64,000 nt of DNA from a virus (IMGVR_UViG_3300028805_000083:37572-101571), one strand, 5' to 3'; numbered from the stretch's first letter, positions 30,275 through 41,504 are shown. A program made the numbers and translations. The notes: generated by a model not told the origin, from the letters alone.

Positions 30275-30799
30275 TTATTTCTTCCTCTTTAAAATGTGGA
30301 AATAGAATGATTTATCAACACCTTCCCATGAACTCACTTGAGCCATAGACTTATAATAGGTGCTCCACTCGTCTTCATTGAACTCTGGGAAAGTTACATC
30401 ACCTTCCTTGTCATCTTTTACTACGGTAAGCCTCAACTCGTCAACTAAGTCACCATCCATAAACTGGCGATATAATGTCTCACCACCAATTACGAAAAGC
30501 TCTTTATCTGAGAAGAAAGCTTCACACAACTCAATTACGTCTTTAACGGAATGGACGATGTAAACATTATCAAAGTCTTTACTTACACCGTATTCCTCGT
30601 TAGAGGTGAGGATTATGTTAATCCTATCCTTCAAAGGTTCACCGTTGGGCAGAGATTCAAACGTCTTACGACCCATAATCACAACATTTCCAAGAGTCTG
30701 ACGCTTGAAATTTAAAAGGTCATTCTTAATGGTATAAAGCAGTTTGCCATCCTTACCCAATGCCCTCTTTTGGTTAATACATGCGATAATCTTAAACAT
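30275..30799 (-). CDS. folA: dihydrofolate reductase
   Basis: MFKIIACINQKRALGKDGKLLYTIKNDLLNFKRQTLGNVVIMGRKTFESLP...INIILTS and GGETLYRQF match the DHFR family. Confidence 0.85.
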   Translation of the reverse strand: MFKIIACINQKRALGKDGKLLYTIKNDLLNFKRQTLGNVVIMGRKTFESLPNGEPLKDRINIILTSNEEYGVSKDFDNVYIVHSVKDVIELCEAFFSDKELFVIGGETLYRQFMDGDLVDELRLTVVKDDKEGDVTFPEFNEDEWSTYYKSMAQVSSWEGVDKSFYFHILKRKK

Positions 30800-30826
30800 A
30801 AATTAAAAAAATTGATTACTTTTGCT

Positions 30827-30869
30827 GCAAAGATATAAAAAAACATGGAGAATCCAAAATCCTCCATGT
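30827..30869 (-). promoter_or_regulatory. Composite terminator-promoter cassette
   Basis: Minus strand reads ACATGGAGGATTTTGGATTCTCCATGT, then a T7 tract, then ATATCTTTGCA. The hairpin loop carries the -33 TTTG and the U-run doubles as the spacer before the -7 box. Confidence 0.5.
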
Positions 30870-30878
30870 TAATTTATG

Positions 30879-31187
30879 TTAATTATGTTCACAAGAAAAT
30901 GGGTTATGTTGTAATATCATATTAAAAAAACAATTGCTAACAATTTCTTGAACTACATTATGATATAAATATTTCCTACACTCATCAAGAAAAGGCTTTT
31001 CTTTACACAATTCTTGCGGTTTTTCACCTTTATAGATTACTTTCCACTCATTTCCATAAAGTTCTTTGTATTTTCCATATGGGTCAATATCTTTATAACA
31101 GTAAAGTGTTATAGTTTCTATTTTATAACCAAGTCTAGAAAGTAATTCATTACATTGGTCATCTGAAAGTTTTAAATTTATATACAT
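30879..31187 (-). CDS. hypothetical protein
   Basis: ORF of 102 aa. Confidence 0.4.
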   Translation of the reverse strand: MYINLKLSDDQCNELLSRLGYKIETITLYCYKDIDPYGKYKELYGNEWKVIYKGEKPQELCKEKPFLDECRKYLYHNVVQEIVSNCFFNMILQHNPFSCEHN

Positions 31188-31189
31188 AA

Positions 31190-31951
31190 TTAATCACGCC
31201 AATAACAGTACAAACATTTATTATCACATCTATGAGGTTTCACCCTCAATAATTCAGATTTATTAGCTAGGCATCCACAGCTTTTTCTCTGTTCAGCAGA
31301 CCCTTCTAATAAAATTTCATCAGTTAAGCCTAAAATATCAATGTCCTTTTGAGAGAGGCAAGGAATAGAATCAATTCCTGGTTCGCCGCAAGCCTCTACA
31401 GTTTCATAACCACATTCTTCAGCACAATACTTGATGGCGGCTAAATATTTAAGTCTTTCTTTCAATGGGGCATGAAACTCGCCATTATATAGTTCAACCC
31501 CAATTTCTTTAAAACGCTCTCTGACGTGTTTATAATTGTCCAAGAAGGAAATCCTTACCCTTTTAATCCCAAGACCTCTGAAAAGCCTTAAAACACTTGT
31601 AGCAGTGTTTAACCCTTTAATAGTTGGAACTATTGGGTCAACCCTTAATACTATATGGTCTGTTGGAAAACCACCATTAATCAACTTTTGTAACTTTTCT
31701 AGAGTTGTTTGCGGATTAGGAACAAACGGCTCAATACGAGTTGACCCCATGCCAGTTACGGTAAGATGTAATATTATCTTATCTTTATGCTCGATAAGTT
31801 TTTCTATCAATTTATCGGTTAACCTTTTTGTAATGATTATATTACCTTTATACAATCTATCAAAAGCATCTAGGTTATAAGCGATTTCACCTGATTCCGT
31901 GGTTCCGATTCTATTTTCTATGTCTGAAACTGATTTTTTTGTCGAAGCCAT
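31190..31951 (-). CDS. hypothetical protein with a C-terminal Cys cluster
   Basis: 253 aa with a CGC...C..C.YCY tail. Confidence 0.4.
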   Translation of the reverse strand: MASTKKSVSDIENRIGTTESGEIAYNLDAFDRLYKGNIIITKRLTDKLIEKLIEHKDKIILHLTVTGMGSTRIEPFVPNPQTTLEKLQKLINGGFPTDHIVLRVDPIVPTIKGLNTATSVLRLFRGLGIKRVRISFLDNYKHVRERFKEIGVELYNGEFHAPLKERLKYLAAIKYCAEECGYETVEACGEPGIDSIPCLSQKDIDILGLTDEILLEGSAEQRKSCGCLANKSELLRVKPHRCDNKCLYCYWRD

Positions 31952-32555
31952 GTGATTCTATATGTTGGTCGTTGGTTCTAGTGTCTTCAAATTCTTTATC
32001 TCTTAGAGAAGATATGTATTCATAAAGATTATTCCACATTTCTTTTGCATCAATGAATTTAGGAATATATGTGTTTTTTAATATCGGATTTTCAACAATA
32101 TTTCCTGAGTTTTTACTAATAGAAACCTCACCTCTATATCTAGTATATACCACGTCAGTGCAAATAGACAAAGGGCAATCACTTAATCTCTGCTCTTTAC
32201 CAATTTTCTTTTTCTCGATTAGTTGCGGCTCTAAAATCACTTTATCGTTATCATCAAGATACCTCTCAACTTTAAAAAAATAATGATAATATCCGCTTTC
32301 CACAACAAAATAGAAGAATCTACCTTCCATGACTGGTACTTTAATTCCGTATCCTTTAACTAGTCTACGTTTTATATCATATGTTTTATCTTTTTCCTTT
32401 TTAAAAATATTATCAAGACCATAACCGATATAACAATTGTTTATGTCAATTGGGTATGATTTCCTTCTGTCATATACAACTAATTCATCAATACCAAAAT
32501 AATTTTGGAGATAATCATAATAATCTTTTTCTCCACGTTTACAAATAATCTTCAT
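31911..32555 (-). CDS. hypothetical protein
   Basis: ORF of 214 aa. Confidence 0.4.
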   Translation of the reverse strand: MKIICKRGEKDYYDYLQNYFGIDELVVYDRRKSYPIDINNCYIGYGLDNIFKKEKDKTYDIKRRLVKGYGIKVPVMEGRFFYFVVESGYYHYFFKVERYLDDNDKVILEPQLIEKKKIGKEQRLSDCPLSICTDVVYTRYRGEVSISKNSGNIVENPILKNTYIPKFIDAKEMWNNLYEYISSLRDKEFEDTRTNDQHIESHGFDKKISFRHRK

Positions 32556-32635
32556 AACAAAAAAAAAATAAACGCTAGATAATAATATTTGTAATTATCA
32601 TCTAGCGTTGTTACTTACTAAACTGTTTCTTAGTT

Positions 32636-32812
32636 TACTCTGCAACTGCACTGTCAAGTACAAGTGAATCAACTACAAGGCTGTCACCAGCAAGTGAGTC
32701 AACTACTGCAACACTGTCAGAGTCATTTGCATTTTTTTCTGATGCAGTCTGACCACCGCAAGCTGCAAATGTCATAGCAACGCTAGCTATGAACATGAAT
32801 ACTAACTTTTTC
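32636..32812 (-). CDS. Small acidic lipoprotein of about 58 aa (not in the ORF track)
   Basis: Hand translation gives MKKLVFMFIASVAMTFAACGG followed by a D/S-rich tail. Confidence 0.35.
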
Positions 32813-32929
32813 ATTTCTTTCTTTTACTTTTTAAAAATGTTATTTTATCTTTAATAAATATCATATTCTCGAAATTTGTGCAAAGATATAAATATTTTTT
32901 TTATTTTCCAAATTTTTATTATAGAAATT

Positions 32930-33496
32930 TTATTTTATCATTTGATTGAAAATTTCTACTATACGATTCTTATGATTAAAAGCCCATTCATAATTATCAA
33001 TGTCTTTGACCTTAACCCAAGCAATCTTGCCAACCTCTTTGCCCTCATTATGCTCTTTAGAGAACTTAAAATCAGATGTAATGCGGTCTTCTATTTTGGC
33101 AGCAAAACGGAAAGTAACGTTCTGCCTATTTGCTTTAACTGGGTCATCCTCATATCCAATGAAAATCAAACTTTCAATAGGAATCTTAACTCCAGTTTCC
33201 TCAAAACACTCACGCACAGCACATTCTTTGGCGGTCTCGTTCCTAGAAAGATAGCCGCATGGACAATTCCACATGCCTCTGAAATCTGCTGCCTCTTCTC
33301 CGCGCTCACATGCTAAAACACACCAATCACCATTTTCGTCTTTAGAAAATACGAATAATGCAGTAGCCATAGAACGGCTAAACCACCCTAAAAAACGCCC
33401 ATATCTATCATAGCAAGGCTGATTTTCCAATGTTAACTCTGGGGCATTTTCTACCCATTTAAGGAGTTTTGTCAATAATTTCTTTAAATAATTCAT
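32930..33496 (-). CDS. Nudix hydrolase
   Basis: Nudix box GYLSRNETAKECAVRECFEETGV (G.5E.7REx2EExG). Confidence 0.8.
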   Translation of the reverse strand: MNYLKKLLTKLLKWVENAPELTLENQPCYDRYGRFLGWFSRSMATALFVFSKDENGDWCVLACERGEEAADFRGMWNCPCGYLSRNETAKECAVRECFEETGVKIPIESLIFIGYEDDPVKANRQNVTFRFAAKIEDRITSDFKFSKEHNEGKEVGKIAWVKVKDIDNYEWAFNHKNRIVEIFNQMIK

Positions 33497-34784
33497 CTAA
33501 ATTAAAATAAATTTTATCATAATATGTATCTGGAATATATCTTTTATCATTTTTTGCATAATAAAAAATTTTTATTCCGTTTTGTTTACATAGAGTATAT
33601 TTTCTTAAATCATTACATTTTATTTTTTCAAAACCTTCTTCTGTATTATAAAATTTGGCAAAATGCTGTTTACCTTGACATTCTATTGCCACATTATATT
33701 GTGGTAAATAAAAATCTAAACGTTGAAGTCCAAGCCACTTATCTTTATGCTCTTTTATGTATTCAACTCCTTTTTCTTCCAAAAAATTTTTGGTTTCTTT
33801 TTCTAAAGCTGAACTTTTGCAATAAGGACAGCCTTCGCCACTTAAATGTTTATTAGGAGTTTGGCTAAAATATTCTCCGCATTTTTTACATTTTATCTTA
33901 ATTTTAGTTTTTGCCCCTTTATATATAACAGAACTATAATCATAATCGTCACCATGAATTTTTTTGAACTCTTCAATAATGGTTTCAGTTGTTTTGTTTC
34001 TTCCTGCACATTTAGGGCAACCTTTACCTCTAAGGTGATTGTTTGGGGTGACTAAAAAATCACCGTGTACAAGGCACGTAACAATAATTTTTCCGTTTTC
34101 ATTCTTATTATTTAAATCAGTTCTATGATATGCATATTTATTTTGATGCCTTTTTGAGGCTAATTCTATGAATTCAGATGTTGTCATTCTTTTGGATTCA
34201 TTGTTACACAATGGGCATTCATCGCCTCCCTTATGGGAATGTGGGTTTTGCCAAAATTCACCATGTTTAGGGCAAATTATGCACACTTTACCGTCTTCTC
34301 TAGGGGCATCTAAATTCAACTTATCATAATTGTATTTTATTTTATGATTCGCTAAACAATAGTTAACATATTCTTTATATTTCTTTTCTGATTCGCAAAT
34401 AGGGCATTTTCCTCTTTTTCCGTTATAATACTTATGTACGCAAGGCTTTACTAGAAAATCCCCATGTTTTTTACAAGTGACTAAAACCTCAGTTCGTTCA
34501 TTTTTATAATCCACATGGTCATAACCAAACTCTCCATTATGAACCTTTATTGATTTTTCAATAAACTCTTTTTTTAGATTTTCTTGCTGTTTTTCTAATC
34601 TACATACATCACATATTTGATTTGCGTTTAGAAAATGGTCAGCAGTGGTTTTAAAATATTTTTTATGCTTTTTACAATAAGGATATATAAAATGTTTTGC
34701 ATCAACATATTCTATAGACGAAAAATCATATATATTGCCATATTTTTCTATTGCTTTGTTAATAAAAATTTCTTTTTTACCCAT
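33459..34784 (-). mobile_element. Homing-endonuclease-like protein with Zn-ribbon repeats and a PD-(D/E)XK/Vsr-like nuclease
   Basis: Repeated HG(D/E)F...P..H..G.GCP.C modules, then a C-terminal LDFYLPQYNVAIECQGKQHF block. Confidence 0.55.
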
Positions 34785-34888
34785 AACTTATGATATTACT
34801 ATTATAAATATCTATAAAGTTATAAAATCACTAGTTTCTCATTCTTTTTTTGCCTCACCTAAATCTTTTGGTAAAACATAAGGATTTG

Positions 34889-35362
34889 TCATTTTCTCCA
34901 TGCTTTTTTATCATATTTATTTTTTTCGTAACTTTTATTATACCAAGGTTGTTCTTCTTTTTCTCTTAGGTGATAGCAACTGCTTATTTTGTTGTTAGAC
35001 CTATAAAGTTTTTTGGATAACTTTCTAGATAAAATGATTGGTGGATGCCTTAAAGTATAAAATTCTTCATATATTTGAATCCAATTTATTTTTGATGAAC
35101 TATAATAAGCAAAAGTCCAATTTAAATTATGAACGATACTAATTATTATATCTCTAATACCTTTATCGTTTGTTACGCCAAATGAATTAATAATTCTGTC
35201 TATGTAGTTAGATTTTCCGCCTATACCAAAAATCTTGCGCCTTGGTGAAATATTTTTAAATGCATAGGCGCATAACGATAAATCGTTTTTCCATGCTCCA
35301 TATATTTTTTTCTCATGTAGATAATCTATCCAATCTAGATATAATTCTGGATATTCCATCAT
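34889..35362 (-). CDS. hypothetical protein
   Basis: ORF of 157 aa. Confidence 0.4.
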   Translation of the reverse strand: MMEYPELYLDWIDYLHEKKIYGAWKNDLSLCAYAFKNISPRRKIFGIGGKSNYIDRIINSFGVTNDKGIRDIIISIVHNLNWTFAYYSSSKINWIQIYEEFYTLRHPPIILSRKLSKKLYRSNNKISSCYHLREKEEQPWYNKSYEKNKYDKKAWRK

Positions 35363-35770
35363 TTCGTAAATAACTTAAAAAAACCGTCCACTAATATATC
35401 ATATATACTTTTCTCTAGTTTACTGCTTCCGATGTATGTAGAATGACGTTCCTCTTTTTTATCAGTCATATACAGTCTAGCACTCATAATATGGTTAATG
35501 CTTGCTTTATTCTCTTCAAACATAAAGTCATCATATACGTTTTGCCATATAATGCAAAGATACTAAAAAAAAATTGAATATCCAAGATAAAACCGTTAAA
35601 AAAACAAAAAGTTGATGCAGATGCACCAACTTTTATTCAACTTTTTTTAATAATGCCTATATGAATATTTATAATATTTCTCATTATAGCACTGTGCATA
35701 CTGGTTAAAATACCATTTAATTGCTTTCTTAGCTAAATTACCAATTGTCTTCATATTTATTTCCCTTTCT

Positions 35771-36166
35771 TCACTTAATTAAAAATTTGTTTAACTCATA
35801 AACATCAAATCCCCTATTAGTTAGGGTAATGTTAAGAAGCGTCAAATACTTACGATATTGTTTATCGTTCAAGATATAAGACATATATTTGATATTCTTC
35901 TTAACAGCGTTTGCAACGATTTTCTCGCTGCTCTCTTCTGTATCCATGCAAGATGCAAAAACCAAATCTCTCTCAAGTTCTGAGATTATTTCATCCGACA
36001 TTTCCGTCTGGTCTTTTGACATATTCAACGCACATGCCAATTTACGATGATTTACTTTCAACTCATACTTTTCAGTATTTGCCAACTTAGTTGCATTGTT
36101 ATCCTCTGCAAATGAATACACACTCATGGTGAGCATCATCACCATCATTAAAAAAAACTTCTTCAT
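35771..36166 (-). CDS. secreted hypothetical protein
   Basis: Signal peptide MKKFFLMMVMMLTMSVYSFA. Confidence 0.45.
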   Translation of the reverse strand: MKKFFLMMVMMLTMSVYSFAEDNNATKLANTEKYELKVNHRKLACALNMSKDQTEMSDEIISELERDLVFASCMDTEESSEKIVANAVKKNIKYMSYILNDKQYRKYLTLLNITLTNRGFDVYELNKFLIK

Positions 36167-36983
36167 AATTATTTCCCTTTTTACACTTACTTATTTACTT
36201 ACTTTTTTTTTTTTAAGGAACTGTTAAAGGGTCTAAACCCCCAACAATTCCGCTGCACTTACTGTTCTTTTCGTTTGGCTAGGGCAAAACTTCCCAAGCT
36301 GTCATTACACCAATGGAATCATTCCAGTGGGAGTCATGCTAGCATAGTTGTTAAGCCAAGCATGTAAAAAATTTGCTATCTTCTTCATAATTATTTCCCT
36401 TTCAATTTAAATTTAACAATCTGATACAGTTTTGAAAAATAACCATATAGGTCTGTGTAGTACTCATCAGCCAACTTTAGTTTAGACCAATTATAATACC
36501 CTAGCTTTATAAAGCCTACAGTTGCGAACTCTTTAATTGCACTTCTTCCTATTTTTTTCAAGTTCGGTGGCTGAACCACGCCTCTTAGCTACCACATAGC
36601 CAAGATTAGATTTCAAATTAACTGCATCCATTATTCACTCACTTCGTATAATATATATTATGCTATTTCAGTTTATCAACTAAAATTTATCACAATTTTC
36701 GAAAACCAATCCTAATTTTGATTTACGTCAAGTTTGGAATGTGTGCGAACACATCAGTTATTTACAACAGTGCAAAGATATGAAAAATATATTTGATGCA
36801 CAAAAAATGGGCAATAAAAATTCGATTTACCAACTTAAAATTGATATATGTCAGTTGAAATGATTTATATCAAGATAAGAAAAATAGATGGCTTGAAGGT
36901 TAGAAAGATAATGGGATTTATTCTTTATTGACGAAAATGAAAATGAGCAACTGTTTAGCTGCTCATTTGTTCTTTACTGTAAG

Positions 36984-38744
36984 TTATTGTTCTACCTTTG
37001 TCCAATTATATAATCCTAAGTAGTAATTACCTATACCCATCCATACATTATAACCACTACTACCACTTGGGACTGTTAATGTACCTCCTGTTTTTACCTT
37101 ATTGAATGTATAATTTTTTATTGTAGGAGCTGTTATGGCATTTGACACTATACTTGTTAGACTGCTACATTCATAGAAAACATTATCACCAATAGTTGTA
37201 ACACCACTACCTATGGTTATACTTGTTAGACTGCTACAGTCACGGAAAGCCTCACCGCTAATACTTGTAACACTATTAGGTATGACTATATTTGATAGTT
37301 TCCTACAGTTTTGGAAAGCACCAAAACCAATACTTGTAACACTATTACCTATGGTTATACTTATAAGACTACTACAATTATTGAAAGCACCAAAACCAAT
37401 ACTTGTAACACTATCTGGTATTGTTATATTTGTTAAACTACTACAGTTTTGGAAAGCATAATTACCAATACTTGTGACACTATCTGGTATAATTGTTGTT
37501 TTACAACCTACAATTAAGGTATTTGTCGATGTTTCAATTATTGCATTACAATTATTACGTGAGTCATATACAGTATTGCCACTATTAACATTTATACTTG
37601 TTAAACTACTACAGTTTTGGAAAGCACCACCACCAATACTTGTAACACTGTTTGGTATTGTTACACTTGTAAGACTTGTACAGCCACCAAAAGCACCACT
37701 ACCTATGCTTGTAACGCCACTACCTATGGTTACACTTGTTAAACCACTACAATAGTTGAAAGCAGCATCACCTATGCTTGGAGTTGAATCACCTATAACA
37801 ACGGTTTCAAGATTCGGCCAACTAGACCTAAAGGAAGAACTTAACTCACACTTTGCATTATAATTTAGAACCTTTAATGCATTAGTACTTTCAAAAGCAC
37901 CACTACCTATGCTTGTAACGCCACTACCTATGGTTACACTTGTAAGACTTGTACAGCCACCAAAAGCACCACTACCTATGCTTGGAGTTGAATCACCTAT
38001 AACAACGGTTTCAAGATTCGGCCAACTAGACCTAAAGGAAGAACTTAACTCACACTTTGCATTATAATTTAGAACCTTTAATGCATTAGTACTTTCAAAA
38101 GCACCACTACCTATGCTTGTAACACTATCTGGTATGGTTACACTTGTTAAACTACTACAGTTTTGGAAAGCACCACCACCAATAGTTGTAACACTATCTG
38201 GTATATCTATACTTGTTAAACTACTACAATTATTGAAAGCAGCAATGTCAATACTTGCAACACTGTTTGGTATGGTTATACTTGTTAAACTCTCACAACT
38301 TAAGAAAGTATTAATACTAATATTTGTAACACTATCTGGTATAATAGCTTCTATCAAATTACCATTATAAAATGTAGGAGCATTATTACCACCCAATTTC
38401 GTCTTATCATATAACTCATATTTAACTGTGTGAACACCTGTCGTGTCAAATGTGTACGCAGTCACAAGTTCGTCAAGCATCACACCATCAATCTCCATTG
38501 ACTTAAATATGTTCTGCTCATAATTTGTTCTTAACGCTGTTGGCTCAGATGTACTTGTTACATTATACTTGCATATAAGCCTTGTCTCTACATAAGGATT
38601 ATAATGCACCTCATTCTCTTGTACACAGAGACTTACATTAGGCAAAATTAAATTTTGCCTAGCTTCTTCATACTCAGTATGATTATTAAATTTCTTTAAA
38701 TATTTTCCCATAATTCTTAAATGTATTTTTCTAATAAATATCAT
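36984..38744 (-). CDS. BspA-type leucine-rich repeat surface protein
   Basis: About 15 repeats of IPDSVTSIGSGAF.NC.SLTSI.IG. A near-perfect tandem duplication of 204 bp lies inside the gene. Confidence 0.8.
   Translation of the reverse strand: MIFIRKIHLRIMGKYLKKFNNHTEYEEARQNLILPNVSLCVQENEVHYNPYVETRLICKYNVTSTSEPTALRTNYEQNIFKSMEIDGVMLDELVTAYTFDTTGVHTVKYELYDKTKLGGNNAPTFYNGNLIEAIIPDSVTNISINTFLSCESLTSITIPNSVASIDIAAFNNCSSLTSIDIPDSVTTIGGGAFQNCSSLTSVTIPDSVTSIGSGAFESTNALKVLNYNAKCELSSSFRSSWPNLETVVIGDSTPSIGSGAFGGCTSLTSVTIGSGVTSIGSGAFESTNALKVLNYNAKCELSSSFRSSWPNLETVVIGDSTPSIGDAAFNYCSGLTSVTIGSGVTSIGSGAFGGCTSLTSVTIPNSVTSIGGGAFQNCSSLTSINVNSGNTVYDSRNNCNAIIETSTNTLIVGCKTTIIPDSVTSIGNYAFQNCSSLTNITIPDSVTSIGFGAFNNCSSLISITIGNSVTSIGFGAFQNCRKLSNIVIPNSVTSISGEAFRDCSSLTSITIGSGVTTIGDNVFYECSSLTSIVSNAITAPTIKNYTFNKVKTGGTLTVPSGSSGYNVWMGIGNYYLGLYNWTKVEQ
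37797..38204. repeat. Near-perfect tandem duplication (2 x 204 bp) inside the LRR gene
   Basis: Blocks 37797-38000 and 38001-38204 are identical over more than 150 bp. They encode the duplicated peptide GAFESTNALKVLNYNAKCELSSSFRSSWPNLETVVIGDSTPSIG. Confidence 0.7.
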
Positions 38745-38887
38745 TAAGATTTTGTTTCACTTAATTAAAAAAAAACAAGACATTAATAAAGGCAATGATA
38801 TAGAAGTTGGCACAAAGTACTGTTGGGGCACAAGAAAAAATGGGCGAATCAAAAAGATTCGCCCAAATTAATTACAAAAACAAGAAG

Positions 38888-38957
38888 CATTAAAGGTGGG
38901 ATTCGAACCCACAAAAATAGTGTTGCAAACTATTGAGTATACCATTCCTCCACAGAG
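38888..38957 (-). tRNA. tRNA-Cys(GCA)-like gene. The anticodon and T arms are canonical. The acceptor pairing could not be resolved.
   Basis: Anticodon arm ATAGT-TTGCAAC-ACTAT and T arm GTGGG-TTCGAAT-CCCAC. Confidence 0.45.
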
Positions 38958-38979
38958 ATACTTGCTGTATGCTTCTTTG

Positions 38980-39062
38980 TAGTGGTAGCTGAATTCGAAT
39001 CAGCGATAGGTTTCCCAACTTCCTTATGAGAGAAGCGCAATTGACCACTCTGCCATACCACT
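38980..39062 (-). tRNA. Type-II tRNA with a long variable arm and a CUCAUAA loop, anticodon CAU
   Basis: Acceptor AGTGGTA/TACCACT, D stem GCA/TGC, anticodon arm CTTCT-CTCATAA-GGAAG, 14-nt variable region, T arm GCTGA-TTCGAAT-TCAGC. Confidence 0.55.
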
Positions 39063-39303
39063 ATTTATGAGTTTCGCTATGTGGCGAGATTTTATGAATA
39101 ACTTTGCGAGAATACTCCCACTTTCAAGTGGGGGATGAATCGCAAAAAAATATTTTTTAATTTTTAATATAAAAAGCCTAGACCACCACGAGGATGGTCT
39201 AAGGTATGTTAGAAAATTATTACTTCCAATTAGCATCTTACTTTCACTATTTATTACATATTATTTATAATAAATAAATATAGTGTAATTTTAAATAGTT
39301 ATC

Positions 39304-40680
39304 TTACTTTTTCCACCATTCTATTGTAGGGTCGATAATCCAATTTACAAATTTATCATATACTTTGCTGATTAAAATACGTTCATCGACCCACTCTGTT
39401 TCTACTGGAGCAACAATCATCTTTGGTGCGTTAGAGTAATTTTCATAAGAAGCTTTTGGAGTAAGGTGTACAGTGTTATTACCAATCTTCACAGTAATAT
39501 TCAAAGCATCAACAGCATCTTCTGCCTTCATTGCTGCATAGTCCTTACCAGCAGGTAATATTACTGTAAATGGAACTGGTTTTAAACCGCTTCTACCCTT
39601 TAGACCTCTTTCTTCTGCATGTGTGTTAACCATTACATCAGTATTAACGCCAAATAAAGCATGTACCTCATAAGTGTTACCTTCTCCTTCACCAATATAT
39701 AATGGAAGAGTGCCACCTGCTGCTTGCAATAAGATGTCAGCCTTATAAGTATCGCCATCCTTGACAAACAAAATGTCAAACACAATATCATTATAGTCAA
39801 AGTCTGAACTCATTGTACCAAGGTCTTCAGCCATAACACGTACACGGCTTACTGGCATAGATTCACCCTTTCCTGGAACTATTTTAACAATCCAATCATC
39901 ATAAACAAAGTCTCTTGCAACTTGTTCATTTTTATTTTGTCCAGTTGCTTCAAAATCGAAACCAACATAGTAATAATCACCAATTTTTTCCATTCTCCAA
40001 TTTTCATGGAATATACCACCATCTTGTGATGACTTACATTTCCAACCAAGTGTAGATGACTTTAGCATGAGGGTACATCCATTATAATTACCCATCCAAC
40101 TTGCGCCACCATTATTTGTGTTGTTAATATAATCCCACTCATAATTCGTTAGCTCTTCAAATTCTAATGGCCAATCACTTGTTTTTTTATGCTTTGTCCA
40201 ACAATACATTTCATTCATTTTTGCTGAACCTTTTCCTATACTCTGACCATTTCCGTCTGTATAAATAGAATCTCCGCAATAAACTTGTTGAACGAAGAAA
40301 TTTCTAAAATCAACATCTGTTGTATACTTTTCTTCACCTTTTTTACTAAATACTGCTAATACGGCAGCAAGTTCATCCTCGGTAATAGGTGCAGGTGTAG
40401 GATAATCTAAATAGCCCAAGCCATTAGAAGTACCCCATTCATTTCCATTAACATTTGCAACTCTCATTGCTCTAGATGCAGATGTGCTTGTAACAACCAA
40501 TGGTACAGTATTCATACCCCATCTGTGATTAGCATACTGCGCTTCAGTTACGCCAAATGTGGTGTTGAAGTTGTCAGTCAACACTTGTTCTTTTGTTTGT
40601 TCGTAGCTTGTTGGGTCAACATCTTTCACGCAAGATGAAATTGTAAATGCTGCCAACATAAATAAAAAAATCTTTTTCAT
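39304..40680 (-). CDS. large lipoprotein of unknown function
   Basis: Lipoprotein signal MKKIFLFMLAAFTISSC. 458 aa. Confidence 0.5.
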   Translation of the reverse strand: MKKIFLFMLAAFTISSCVKDVDPTSYEQTKEQVLTDNFNTTFGVTEAQYANHRWGMNTVPLVVTSTSASRAMRVANVNGNEWGTSNGLGYLDYPTPAPITEDELAAVLAVFSKKGEEKYTTDVDFRNFFVQQVYCGDSIYTDGNGQSIGKGSAKMNEMYCWTKHKKTSDWPLEFEELTNYEWDYINNTNNGGASWMGNYNGCTLMLKSSTLGWKCKSSQDGGIFHENWRMEKIGDYYYVGFDFEATGQNKNEQVARDFVYDDWIVKIVPGKGESMPVSRVRVMAEDLGTMSSDFDYNDIVFDILFVKDGDTYKADILLQAAGGTLPLYIGEGEGNTYEVHALFGVNTDVMVNTHAEERGLKGRSGLKPVPFTVILPAGKDYAAMKAEDAVDALNITVKIGNNTVHLTPKASYENYSNAPKMIVAPVETEWVDERILISKVYDKFVNWIIDPTIEWWKK

Positions 40681-40686
40681 TTTTGT

Positions 40687-40917
40687 TTATTTAAGTTTAT
40701 TATTTAATAACTTCCACACACTAACACTAGTATTTTTATAGAAATTAAGGTCAGTTACCTTATCCGTTACAAAGGCAATAACCATGTCTATAAAAAATAC
40801 AAGAATTGTAAAGAAAAGCAATAGATAACTTGGAGTACCAATTCCTATTGTATACCCAAACAATGCCGATAGAACTAATGCAATTGGCATTAATAATTTA
40901 ACTATGATTTTTAGCAT
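40687..40917 (-). CDS. small membrane protein
   Basis: 76 aa with two transmembrane segments. Confidence 0.35.
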   Translation of the reverse strand: MLKIIVKLLMPIALVLSALFGYTIGIGTPSYLLLFFTILVFFIDMVIAFVTDKVTDLNFYKNTSVSVWKLLNNKLK

Positions 40918-41204
40918 ACTCTATACCGTATTCAAAAAAATTTTTACACAACTCTGACACTCTAGATTGTGACATTAATGATGACTCACCAAGCAAAGCT
41001 ATTGTTAGCTTTCTACGGAAGTATTCTTGTTTCTCTTTATCTGTTGCCACCATGTCTGTACTCCTTATATTTAATAGGTTAGTTTCTCTAAGAACTCATC
41101 GTCCTCTTCCTCCTTCACATATATCCCCATGTCAAAGATGCATTGTTTCCTAAGTCCTCTTAAATCGCATCTATTATAAAGTTGGCATCTTTCATTACAC
41201 GGAA

Positions 41205-41504
41205 TCATTGTATATCTCCTTTTAATGTGTTATTTTCTAAGTCTCTGGATTCTTTTCGTGTTTTTTTAACCTTTTGGTGTGATTCTATTTTCTTCCACAT
41301 TTCACGCCAATGTTTAGAGGTTTTTTTATATAATTTTACTTTAGATTCTGGGTCTGCATCTAATTCTTTCCAATTTTTTGCATCCCTATATCCCATAGGA
41401 GAATTTTCGTCTTTAATTTTCCAATAATAAAGATTTCGATTTATCCTAGAAACATACTTTAAGTAAGCAGTCCAAAGTCTATAAGCCTTTCCTCTTTTAT
41501 CCAT
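41205..41504 (-). CDS. hypothetical basic protein
   Basis: ORF of 99 aa. Confidence 0.35.
   Translation of the reverse strand: MDKRGKAYRLWTAYLKYVSRINRNLYYWKIKDENSPMGYRDAKNWKELDADPESKVKLYKKTSKHWREMWKKIESHQKVKKTRKESRDLENNTLKGDIQ

Noticed and set aside
36984-38744. Regular repeats that could be mistaken for a CRISPR array
   Set aside because: The repeats are in-frame protein LRR units of about 69 nt that lie inside a long ORF. They are not short palindromic repeats with unique spacers. No cas genes are present.
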